IMG/VR virus record: IMGVR_UViG_3300009678_000058
Length of the DNA: 64,000 bases
Source: a virus
Reading direction: 5' to 3' (one strand)
The notes beneath the pieces were generated by a model. It saw nothing but the letters and a program-made list of their open reading frames with translations. It ran no database searches and was not told the origin of the DNA. Positions 13,401-19,739 of this stretch are shown here, piece by piece. Position 1 is the stretch's first letter. The number at the start of each line of letters is the position of its first letter. The position numbers and the translations under genes were made by a program.

Positions 13401-14187
13401 CCTGTGCAGTGTACTTGGCACTACCATCAGGATTCTTCATAGCTGTCATCTCATCAGTGATCTCCTTGTGAGACATCATAGCTTCCATCCTTGATTCATT
13501 GGTTCTGCTGAGAACACCATAAGTAGTGGCAGCACTCCTTAAATCCTTGACCCTGCTTGCCATCTTTGCTGCTGCTGCTACACCTTCAGTATCCCTGACC
13601 CTTTTAAACAGGCTTGCCAGCTTTCCTAAAGCTGCTCCTGTTCCCAGTCCCATTGTAGCTCCTTCTATAGCTGCTGTCTGAAGTAAAGCAAATGCACCCA
13701 TACCCAAGCCTGTACCTGCTGAAGCTGTCTGCTCCATAAGCCAAGCAAAGGAACCGGGTTCAAATTCTCCGGGATTAACTCTCTTGATTTCATTATTGCG
13801 GGCTACACCCATAGCCCATTCATGCATATCCTCAGTGGATATTCCAAACAGTTTACTCTGGTAGTTATCATTACCCCATGAAGCTACATCAACCATGTTA
13901 GCTACACCCTGACCAAAACCTGAAGCAAAGTTTGCTCCAAGTTGTGTAAGACCCCTGCCTAACTGTTCCATCTTACCCTGTTGCTGGGCATCCATTGTCC
14001 TTAGTGTCTTTGGATCATCATACACAGAAGGATTAACAAGATTGGGATAGTCTTCAGGATCAAACCTGCCCAGATTTCTTGAAGTCTCCTTTGCAGTGAC
14101 ATTTCCAAAAGTATTAGGAACACTGTCAGCACCACCTAAAAAATCTTTTGCCTGTAAAGGCTCCTTGCCATAGGTTTTTGTTGTCAT
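1477..14187 (-). CDS. Giant virion-packaged RNA polymerase polyprotein (crAss-like two-barrel RNAP), with N-terminal hydrophobic cargo region and C-terminal zincin-like domain
   Basis: 4236 aa. Catalytic-type motif GLDFDVDK (nt 4921-4935), preceded by SFRIPTSGHQS. HEVVH zincin motif near the C-terminus. Gly/Ala-rich hydrophobic stretches near the N-terminus. Syntenic with crAss-like RNAP/cargo genes. Confidence 0.9.
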   Translation of the reverse strand: MTTKTYGKEPLQAKDFLGGADSVPNTFGNVTAKETSRNLGRFDPEDYPNLVNPSVYDDPKTLRTMDAQQQGKMEQLGRGLTQLGANFASGFGQGVANMVDVASWGNDNYQSKLFGISTEDMHEWAMGVARNNEIKRVNPGEFEPGSFAWLMEQTASAGTGLGMGAFALLQTAAIEGATMGLGTGAALGKLASLFKRVRDTEGVAAAAKMASRVKDLRSAATTYGVLSRTNESRMEAMMSHKEITDEMTAMKNPDGSAKYTAQEVEEYANAGADRTYMGNMALLPLDILGYRTMVFNPISGSSTGLIERGLAKIGNKYLRGATQFGVTGLTEGTEEGLQYIASSEGKHYARVLGGMDDATTFLGRVGGAVGEDEFWNNFAGGVIGSPIIGGFMKLTNKAIDGGRTRMLNELHNDYVKNVGKMDSAIGMEIMLLQQQGKHKEADIVRRQFRNKKALGGIHYDAMTDKDTAFNAHIAYLQGTLDDVTNGKAEALQDVGFESPTPEQIEYVKKNFQDSIDDAHELKAIYDSVKDKYNKNFVPEVTSDHFQLNKLLQEKSQHDLKLAGAKTKLTQYDLLSSYGREQYEAEYDLLSLHLERARLTEQHRATENQMERDNINALIKSNELKLTKINDRLQEIATDDTYAAEEKEKDSDIIRSALTSPAYQRLNKDNVHLENAIALQRKNIALWNNPKYLDQRNKESINKARTRAQVQNTKDAAANKPGGATAEETEAANKKESEIAAAEAAQAVVAQQNASSVSSNFDMFSADNDYINGMKGKKTTGDPEDTGGTKLDLGSMSPEASTSFAPEPLDIEGSPQETKDKVVTSVAGLIARLGGEPNFEDLIRHIAKVQGIGVADELFNAAVYGWEKNNMPPQDYASIYTKIFGDPMNDFVESGRGMINTNKKLSDATDVTIAPVEAKANGQTQFDPNSQPKYFYKDKVGKRVYVTNESSPKFAFLTKFATVVRTQTDEGIEISFEYTADELNVGEYVDSLQLLDPDRYVAGTAMEIMIPANHLEIKVPMFNPDGTKGTAITFGQYLAQNPHITPDSPEYLDKIPMIIYDKGKSLSGQKGLAFVHDVGWYHPERFDQDSSQAMANAIAHTRQIREAVLADRRAATPIEITEKRQTTFEGLKTNKGTEYNNITLREANPDTELTIAMTATSLNTARGELGVRFPNDTDVLMNIEHFRKGAIIDVRRYGTNSDGKKTYMGFPTFRDKLDKDARASVLRAIYIYAHRSNPKKSDKHQAVVDTIRTEMGIDIYSPAGIEAYLNHFMLIFNSKTKAGVNQTYGEVVEGAARANLAPGTPFVALQGGHIIFGRTGQNSFTNAKGKGVGSQYINPNVTDPKIIDKVVEDFAKSGILDYFEQNVDLPNLNANKPIITIGAEYTTNKTSPSYKDYLLDRIKTNVRSHNIGTAAEPNYVTNIQPVITFDLVSNLDKQRHAPTNDEMAKKMEEEREVETPKKGTVVEEEEEVTPPGEPKLEGPSAEEMAEKAMAEWLARAEKGLGKEFNEGEKLPDLAPQASYAPTPMTEAQIEYVKESLLRIAGLTPDQQFDIVDFIYNQIVAMVDLDSVAVSRTMVDGEVKAAFDKTIAPIETHHKEEVRIAKELIAKFPQFANSKMTSNIATYEKRLAQIEAVRESFDVLQEEAYNRVAKYTGITEDKVTNEKENDQQSSEENPETNSTEEEVLFGGDFSTNVLTESPEQKLTYSMRRFFGQINEYDKDGKIMKGFLGLDTYVGSDEVVRRLMTALADTPADFDTMIAKLKTHVKTVPWMAEVIRRLESTTNQKKSQFVTAMDNSSLRMKFVMITENKMTGTWTTKVYDTNLSGVADAIEKEWRGNLTENGKDIVMVDDVTGHYVFNKERAKYLIKQYESWLGIGLTKIPLDMSGYRPTVDQVKPAVAATDKAAGRPAKTMNIKPIGELLAWLNQNLTGQTTRVQFSMKGQDFQVTRVSDNEFKIASIDKQDIKSNESVDKWLRELGIELHPDTLSEILTSGMYHNYGKRSTADLFTSGNGLFHILHLKLKLLVEKEGVHDFTEEGDNLLDDSVIGSLAVVDAKYNTSISPFAFRDAGKSIFALTARKSITDTVMELKDPDNHALLKNLMSTSYSSPSLWLQCLKSSPKFRTLFKVSHIGLTAFKQQGKKLYKDTGITKLADTDHELDKLGFFCDMTQGEVELQADDSKAVLNKYPGTDIAMRMATMFSPTMSDKEVMTLITTAVLHFQNADLNNGDGGITDEVVKVIYEQVVKPELKRMIKHAELNHKTNVKSYDAGAKMFLNMPALNDKIRLNGDRLVDLIYNQPADFNLQFLEQNEEVKKGFNNEIRSYVESLVKEKLKVWETDGITKTDADGKVSLQFFDKKYMDKFRGDNRQRATMAAMDYVINSLVANSNSFMAIIGDPAQMYKVDDTTTRAKFKTDLEYDVQVAKDVFTNVGKRLANQIAPGTGLANSAKEQYLQLMLADRKGVVAENIEYLEKILGKEGAAAYRDIEAADGQEYTTWKEHLDILSRLGKNGDGLMDITQEQLNEAAEIFEKGEPITPTQQQLITKIMQPMKPVYTGRMHDEKQDMMRVVYIKCSSFPLIPQLTKGMEIDKLRIKMEQIQKSNKMNVRASYQSANKVGALTTPLALWNEDGTITEHLNDHADIPAGMESSPVLILDRKNFRIQQDVPFKSGKQGEDTISLGTQLMKLLFGDEIMNFNGFSYNGEPRTGTSLHKEYNDLFLNLVKEKKAQLFDELGLDEFGIPKNANRSMAKLQDLLKNEAIKRGYPLQDIEGLTLIDGEFNLPLWASSNSNRYESMLNAIITNRIIKMKFPGVSSVVGSEEGFIRKKLEMTGNYTWARYQDNSYEVSSAGDKRFSALYAKLNDGRTIEEAYQLDVKGYRTQGDNWRLGKGKKPLRDITEQQQWEEYKQLWKTYLNENPELLKDLAQKAKDKTLTDKFASSKVSQARALAEILNEEYPSNIQGVDTSQIIYTSAWNGTHLTSTVDEGGTMKKAQVFMASKFKGADGNLIDLFKKVDGKYIYIEQKAGGGFTLKQDMFDKELLSMLSFRIPTSGHQSASQIEIAGFLPAQSADLMIVPKNFTKQKGLDFDVDKENSYQFWTHTTKEGKLEMLQEKHRRELLFDADREMKKADLAELRKEYEEAEGPNAKKHVMDKVRTKIRETHLLNTLFEAAAYDEQDFEENKYLRRLNSKINEKLMQNELIKINHAVFNNPDPKLQAKIARVLNTKFAEKQAMKIEELTNLDRDSTYWTPLSDEYQKAKLISGASGKIATGAFSLDVVFHSMAQQARISGKPITLIEVIDDPTSEKEGAKKKIPKTWRFGTVTSDPELGGFATRDKGRDIAEVVTEAQQIAVDNEKLQVMGRVGLNDMTLDVFKMFMLTGIDKGADGDSIPFLFLSQPIIRDFVLEMKNINSIMAEFSEDKEQAVIDKLIAKYDPEKTWENVDPLKYEEVTSDLMNNDNFRTGIRALKPDALIQRAVLNRFLDMRKYGIAVRGIQTSINTDSKGLGKSFFDVIDKREKLNKLGVDTDTIQGASALIGDYIRKAGLPASRLQELQKLGYMDIGQYMVLPETLSGGFSINGVTLAYNLWSRFFPYDTKNMEEVFKEILGVTTTEKGLELSNVEKKQHIFQNVKKFLAAEQGNGLTNDEVNAERARLYIDTDTNRSLATYIKGLKNTIGDKTIDEYIKTNKLLNRFEFDGIQKNGMPSLVKYNNADGEEFDEQYLYDSMSMMLTERNPDGSKIQLPSFNGKEYTLDELAQDMILAAYLGNAVQEAIQYTKYVPVAYLNAMGYSLAMRKNNDRFHYDSTLLGLKMKKDDGTDKHFVSRFTMQYIQHYPERVQAKYDAKKLAAAALMHPDGTFTFIDGRKPTFVSVYDTTVMKGDKKFKLYWLDGTTGRYVRIPILGAFGMDEYQPAVDMGVSSINTRMAFRPKPAPIIEEENPDTVTNNFDIKTGGDVTKMVTNISKSTTPFALLAKELIPFVDGIKVVTMDSIMIGEESHATALGVYEATGNTIYIKESILSNADKLADTFMHEVVHGVTVRQLMPYIDGLDTANPQVKTSDAPAYVSNLIMLYNRVKNSMPKGEVERIAAAMANKQKITQAEIDQFYGMINLKEFITMAMTNKKFQAHLSNIPMGGENQSALSKFKQIINAILTAMGVDIKPGSVAEAAFNNIFELIEAENIRDGFDPYQAQYGDMNDTTEGGYFNENDLWPTGDNLSPSASESVSAYIASLSNQEKIC

Positions 14188-16871
14188 CTCATTCTGGCTC
14201 TTTGTTGTTTTAAATACTCAATAAGGTCTTCCTTACCATTGAACACTCCCGGAATACCTGACTTAGGCATTGCATCTCTGTCTCTAAGCTGTCCTTTAGC
14301 AGGATCACCCAATGCAATTAACTCTCCTCCCAATGTTCTTCTTGCAATGATATGTTCCTGTCCATCTTCACCCCTGTAACTTGTTATGGTAAGTGGTATA
14401 TTCCTATCCCCATTCTTAATAGATATACCATACGTGTTAGAGTCCTTGGTTCCTGTAGTTTCCAATGTCTTCTGCATACTTGGTATCATCAACTGTCTTC
14501 TTATGTCATTACTTTCATCATCCATTAATGAACCAGCTATCTCTCTTACATCAGGAGATTTATCCATCATCATCCTTTGTCCCACTATCTTTTGAACTTC
14601 AGGAGTAAGCTCAATATAATAAGGACTGGTATTTAATTTTCCATTAGGGTCTTTGAAGGTAACCTTCACCATTGCACCACCAGTACCAATGTTAGTAGTA
14701 TTACCCACCATTTCAAACTTTGTTTCAACATTTTCATCTACTATATATTGTTGCAGGTTCTTACCACCTACATTATCCAGTGTTACATTGTAAGTACCAT
14801 TCTTACCCTTAAGCTCTGCTCCCCCAGGATTTATTCCCCTGTTGGTAAACAGTTTCATTCCCTGAGTATTAGCAAATACAATAGAACCTATGGCCTTGCT
14901 GTCCTCCTTACTAAGTAGAATAGACGGAGTATCTATGACCTGATATTTCATATCATTCATTACATTATCTCTTCTTTTATCCACCTTGTTCTTCACTGCC
15001 ATATACTCTGTAAGCTCATCTTTCTTCTTTCTGTGTTCAGGTGTACCTATTTTCTGCCAGTCAGCAAACCATTTGGTCATCTTATTAGCATAAGCACCAC
15101 CACTGGCAAATGGAGAATCCTGTGCTGTACCTGCAAGACTTTCAGAAAGAGCTATGGCATCCCTGTCATTCTCATACTTCTTATAAATATCTATCTCTCT
15201 CTGTGTTAAAGGCTTATCACCAGTTACCATTGTCTTCTCATTATTTGCCAATACAGCTTCAGTAGTTCTACCATACCATTGCCTTGTCCTGTCAAGATCA
15301 GATTGTATAGTGGGTAACTGTTGTTGCAGATCCTGCTTCCTGAGTTTCAGGTTATTATAAGTGTTCCTTTCATTTACATTAAGATCAGCTTCTCTCCTGT
15401 TACCCAATAGCATAGCTTCCTGTGCCTGAATATCCTTCAACTCTTTATTGATACCAGCTATCTGGTCTTTCTTATTCATGATATCAGAAGACAGACCAGC
15501 ATTAGAGAATGCATCAACCTGTAGACCTGTCTTTCTATCTGTAGTTTTCTTTTCTGCAAAAGAACCTGTAGCCAGCCTGCTTACAGATGATTGATCAGGT
15601 AATGCAACTTCGGGTCTTGTTCCACCTAATCTTACTTCTCTTGACCAGTTCAGTTCAAGATTATCATTGTGTATCTTCTCCCTTGCTGCTATATTAAGTT
15701 TGGCAATATCCATAGCATTCTGCAAGCCAGCACCAAATCTCTTATTCCTGCCATACTCCAAATACTTAGTTGAGCCAGCAGCATTGTTCCTTAATTCCTG
15801 AAGGTCTTCAGTTTCACTCCAGCTATACTGTCCAAGAAGACTCTGTACCATAGGTGCAAGAGAACTCTTCTCATTCCAGTTTACCTTAGTCCTTTCCTTC
15901 AGGTCAGCCTCATACTGGTCTAGTTTAGTTTGAAGCTCTGCTTTGATAGCCGGCTTCTTTTCTTTGGCTATCATTCCCTTCAGATTATCAATATTCTTCT
16001 TCTCTGTTGGTGATACATCCACAGCCCCATAACTATAAGGAGCAATATAATTACCCTGTTCATCAAATACTCCCTGCATAAGACCTACAGTTTGTCTTTC
16101 CCTCATGTAGTTTTGATACAGTGGATCAGTTAGTCTTCCAGCAGCTATAGCCAGTAACCTCTCAGGAGTGACTCCCTTCCATTTCTCTGTTTTATCATCA
16201 AAATAAAACTCCTCACCTGTTACTGCACTCCTTTTATACTTCTTACTATCAGCCTTGATCTTTTCCAGTTCCTTACTTATCTCCCCCCTGATATCAATCT
16301 TGGCCATAGGAGTAAATAAAGCACCAGCAGTACCAGTGTATTCTCCTGTGGCAGGATCATAACCAGTACCTACCCTGCCTCTTGCTGCTGCCTTCTCCCT
16401 GTACTTGTCCCTCATATATCCTTTATAAGCTCTTGCCTCATTGGGGTCAAGACCTTTACCTGTCTTTGCATATTCCTTTACCTGTTCATCAATGGCATCA
16501 TTCACTGCCTTGAATTCACCATGAGTCTGTATTATCTTTGAAATCTCACCTGTCTTGTAATCAGTTTGTATATCCCTTGATAATGCCCTGATAGGTTCTT
16601 GCTGCTTTCTCCAGTTGGCAGGATCAACTAACATGGCCTTAACAATATCATCAGCCTTCGTGGAATACTGATCAGCTATTCTTTTGGCATCCTGCTCATC
16701 ATCTATATCATGAGCAAATGTAGTTCCCAGTACCCTTTGCTGTTCAGTAGTAGCAAGCCTTTGATTAACAAATGTATCATTAGCCTTGATCACTCTTTCC
16801 ATAAGAGGGACATTCAGCTTGTACATATAATCCAGGGGAGTTGCACTAGCTGTCTTGTAAAATCTAGCCAT
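14184..16871 (-). CDS. Virion cargo/ejection protein
   Basis: 895 aa, mostly helical/coiled-coil. Lies between the muzzle/cargo-1 genes and the RNAP gene; ATGA overlap with the RNAP start. Confidence 0.65.
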   Translation of the reverse strand: MARFYKTASATPLDYMYKLNVPLMERVIKANDTFVNQRLATTEQQRVLGTTFAHDIDDEQDAKRIADQYSTKADDIVKAMLVDPANWRKQQEPIRALSRDIQTDYKTGEISKIIQTHGEFKAVNDAIDEQVKEYAKTGKGLDPNEARAYKGYMRDKYREKAAARGRVGTGYDPATGEYTGTAGALFTPMAKIDIRGEISKELEKIKADSKKYKRSAVTGEEFYFDDKTEKWKGVTPERLLAIAAGRLTDPLYQNYMRERQTVGLMQGVFDEQGNYIAPYSYGAVDVSPTEKKNIDNLKGMIAKEKKPAIKAELQTKLDQYEADLKERTKVNWNEKSSLAPMVQSLLGQYSWSETEDLQELRNNAAGSTKYLEYGRNKRFGAGLQNAMDIAKLNIAAREKIHNDNLELNWSREVRLGGTRPEVALPDQSSVSRLATGSFAEKKTTDRKTGLQVDAFSNAGLSSDIMNKKDQIAGINKELKDIQAQEAMLLGNRREADLNVNERNTYNNLKLRKQDLQQQLPTIQSDLDRTRQWYGRTTEAVLANNEKTMVTGDKPLTQREIDIYKKYENDRDAIALSESLAGTAQDSPFASGGAYANKMTKWFADWQKIGTPEHRKKKDELTEYMAVKNKVDKRRDNVMNDMKYQVIDTPSILLSKEDSKAIGSIVFANTQGMKLFTNRGINPGGAELKGKNGTYNVTLDNVGGKNLQQYIVDENVETKFEMVGNTTNIGTGGAMVKVTFKDPNGKLNTSPYYIELTPEVQKIVGQRMMMDKSPDVREIAGSLMDDESNDIRRQLMIPSMQKTLETTGTKDSNTYGISIKNGDRNIPLTITSYRGEDGQEHIIARRTLGGELIALGDPAKGQLRDRDAMPKSGIPGVFNGKEDLIEYLKQQRARMR

Positions 16872-16887
16872 AATATGTTAAAGGGAT

Positions 16888-19719
16888 TTATGTTCTGTTT
16901 CTCTTGTTGATCACCCTGCCTTCATTGTCATATTCAAAGTATTCAGATAATTGTCCCAGTAGAGTTGCATCAACCATATTGCTTCTTGAGATATTCAGGT
17001 TCCTTCCCATTGCCTGTCCAGTAGTGCTGATATCAGCAAGGTTTCTTGCCATGTTGCTATAGTAATTATCCCTGTCACCTTTATCTTCCAAGTCTCTTTT
17101 ATCTTCACCCATCATCACTCTTGTATCCTGAACATTCTCCAACTGGGCCTTTTGTCCAAGCAGGTTCATCATCTGTGTAGTGAAAGCATTAGTAGCTGCT
17201 CCCCTTGCTTTGCCTGCCCCTGACTCTGTGAGAGTATCCATAGCCCTGATAGTATTTACTGACTGTGCAGAGTTCCTTGCCCTATTCCTTGAAGCCTGTG
17301 CAGCAGTATCAATATCAGTTAAGGCTGATGTCCTTAACCCTGAAGCCACATCCTGCGCCTTCTCATTGGCTTCAATAGCTTCTCTTCCAAAGCCCTGCCA
17401 TCTATTAACATTTGGCCTGTTACCTCTTGCATTAGCTCTGGTGTTCATAATTCCTGATATAGCACCAAAGGCACTACTGCCCATGCCTACATAATCTCCA
17501 AGAGTAAGGTCTCCGGGTCTTGAAGGTTCTTTAGCGGGAGCTGTATATCTTATAGATGGAGTCCCGGCTCTCCCACTTATAGTAGGAGTGCCAACAGTGA
17601 AATCTTTTGTTGATGCTGGTACTCTTGTAGGTACACCTTGTGTTGCTATCTTATCCAATCTTCTTGGAATTCCAGTCCTGTTAAGCCAGTTACTTGCATA
17701 ACCTGCATAGTCACTATTGACAGGAGGAGTAACAACAGGAGCTATTGTTGGTGAGCCAGTCATATTAGGAACACCAAAATTATATGGAGCATTGGTAGTT
17801 GATGGCAAGCCTAACCTATTACTCATGTATGCAGCATAAGGATCATTGGGATCAACATACCCTCCAGTCTGATATTGTGGTCTTACTCTTCCACCATAAG
17901 CAAAGCCCTGTCCCATATCTTCTGCTTCTACCTCTTCAGCAGGAGGAGCAACATTTGCAGAAGCAATTTTCTGGATAGCCATATCCTTTTCCTCTTCCAT
18001 CTTGGCTACCTCAGTTGTCCTCTGTATTGTTCCCTGTAGTAATTTATCAAAAGGATTAGCCTTGGCCAGCTTACCCAGTTTATTCATCTGTCTTTCTCTT
18101 GACAGCTTCCTCTGAGCCATTGTCTTATTATCAATCTTTATCCTGTCAGAATAAATCTTTGTTCCATCTGGTACATCAAGGTCAACACCACCCTGAGCAT
18201 GAGATGGGCCTGATACCTCTCTTGCATTTCCTCCCGGAGGCTGTACCACTTCTTCACCTTCCACTTCAATTCCTGAAGTTGCCCTGCCTCCATAAGCTAA
18301 CTTAGGACTACCTGCTGCTATCCATTTATCATATCCACCACGTCCATATTTTTCAAAGAGCTTTATCCTTTCATTATTTGTCATGTTGATAATACCTGTT
18401 CTCTTGGCTTCATTGGCATCAGCAACTTTCTTACCTGCTATCTTCTCTGTAAGATAGTCCACTGAATTACTGACAGCTTTACCAGCAAAGGGTTGTAGCA
18501 TACCTACTGCTCCCCTACTTAGTTGTTCTTTATTTCCCCTATAAGCTCCCTGTGCCATATCCTTAGCATCCAAGTATTGTTCATATATAGGGAGGAACTG
18601 AGAAGCTGTACCCATGAAAGTCCTACCATTTGTTTTCTTTACAGGTGGCTCAACTTCAGTCTCACCACCATAAGCATGTTTCCACTTAGAAGCATTCCTT
18701 GCAAAGTTGGCTCTCTTCTTAAGAGTGCCTGAAGCATTGGGATCAGCCAATACCTTCCTTGCATAGGCTTGCACACCCATGCCTGCTCTTTTAGCAGCAG
18801 CAGTGAACTTACCCCTGTTCTCCTTCTTGATATGTATGCCTCCATATTTAAATAAACTTGCTACTGGCCCTTCTTCTTCAGGTTCCTCTTCCATGTCCAT
18901 TTGCTGTGCAGCCTGCTCATCACTCATTTCATCTTCTGCATATTGATCCTGCATAGCTGCTTCATCTGTACCCATATCTCCCATGTCTTCTGACTCTCCT
19001 TGTTCCTGTAGCATCTGGACAAGCTCTTCCACACTGATACCATTCTCATCTGCCATAGCCTGAAGCTGTGCCATTTGCTCTTCATCCATGCCTGACATAT
19101 CCATGCCCCCCACTTCACCACCCATAGCATAAGGGCTTACCATGCCTCTCATAGCTGCTGCATTGACTAAAGGCTCTTTGCCATATTTAGTTCCACCACC
19201 TTCAAATGCACCAATGAGAGCATCCAGTATTCCGGGAGCTTGTTGAGCTAAACCCAGTGTTGTTTGTTGACCTGCACTTAGCTCACCACCAAGTGCAAAA
19301 GCTCTGGGTACTCCAATGGGATTTACAGCAGCAGTGGCATTAGGATTAGTCCTGAACCTTGGTGTCCTCAGAACAGAAGGATCAACATCCACAGGATCAC
19401 CTGTAGTTGGGTCAGTGTACCAGAAGAGTCCCTGATCACTTTCAAGTTCAACTCCCTTTGGCACTTTGGTAGTCAGGGTCTTAGTGGGCAATGGCACATA
19501 AGGAGTACCATCAGGATTTACATACTGAACTCTTGGGTCACCTACCCTTCTGGCTGCTATTGTATCATCACCAGTAAGAAGTCCCTGCTTCTTGGCTATC
19601 CTTCTTGCCTCTGCATTAGCTGCTTCTACTTCAGCCTGAGTCTTATATGTACCACCTCCACCACCTGTAATTGGCTCTTTACCACCAAAGGCATATTTCT
19701 TTCTGGGTGCTTTTTTCAT
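16888..19719 (-). CDS. Virion cargo protein with repeated xAxGG-type motifs and low-complexity linkers
   Basis: 943 aa. Eight [YFHL]-x-x-GG motifs, an acidic Met-rich linker, a GGIHIKKENRGKFT module and a GPSHAQGGV module that I recognise from crAss-like structural proteins. Immediately downstream of the muzzle gene. Confidence 0.65.
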   Translation of the reverse strand: MKKAPRKKYAFGGKEPITGGGGGTYKTQAEVEAANAEARRIAKKQGLLTGDDTIAARRVGDPRVQYVNPDGTPYVPLPTKTLTTKVPKGVELESDQGLFWYTDPTTGDPVDVDPSVLRTPRFRTNPNATAAVNPIGVPRAFALGGELSAGQQTTLGLAQQAPGILDALIGAFEGGGTKYGKEPLVNAAAMRGMVSPYAMGGEVGGMDMSGMDEEQMAQLQAMADENGISVEELVQMLQEQGESEDMGDMGTDEAAMQDQYAEDEMSDEQAAQQMDMEEEPEEEGPVASLFKYGGIHIKKENRGKFTAAAKRAGMGVQAYARKVLADPNASGTLKKRANFARNASKWKHAYGGETEVEPPVKKTNGRTFMGTASQFLPIYEQYLDAKDMAQGAYRGNKEQLSRGAVGMLQPFAGKAVSNSVDYLTEKIAGKKVADANEAKRTGIINMTNNERIKLFEKYGRGGYDKWIAAGSPKLAYGGRATSGIEVEGEEVVQPPGGNAREVSGPSHAQGGVDLDVPDGTKIYSDRIKIDNKTMAQRKLSRERQMNKLGKLAKANPFDKLLQGTIQRTTEVAKMEEEKDMAIQKIASANVAPPAEEVEAEDMGQGFAYGGRVRPQYQTGGYVDPNDPYAAYMSNRLGLPSTTNAPYNFGVPNMTGSPTIAPVVTPPVNSDYAGYASNWLNRTGIPRRLDKIATQGVPTRVPASTKDFTVGTPTISGRAGTPSIRYTAPAKEPSRPGDLTLGDYVGMGSSAFGAISGIMNTRANARGNRPNVNRWQGFGREAIEANEKAQDVASGLRTSALTDIDTAAQASRNRARNSAQSVNTIRAMDTLTESGAGKARGAATNAFTTQMMNLLGQKAQLENVQDTRVMMGEDKRDLEDKGDRDNYYSNMARNLADISTTGQAMGRNLNISRSNMVDATLLGQLSEYFEYDNEGRVINKRNRT

Positions 19720-19739
19720 GTGGGAATAAGTTGAGTTAA

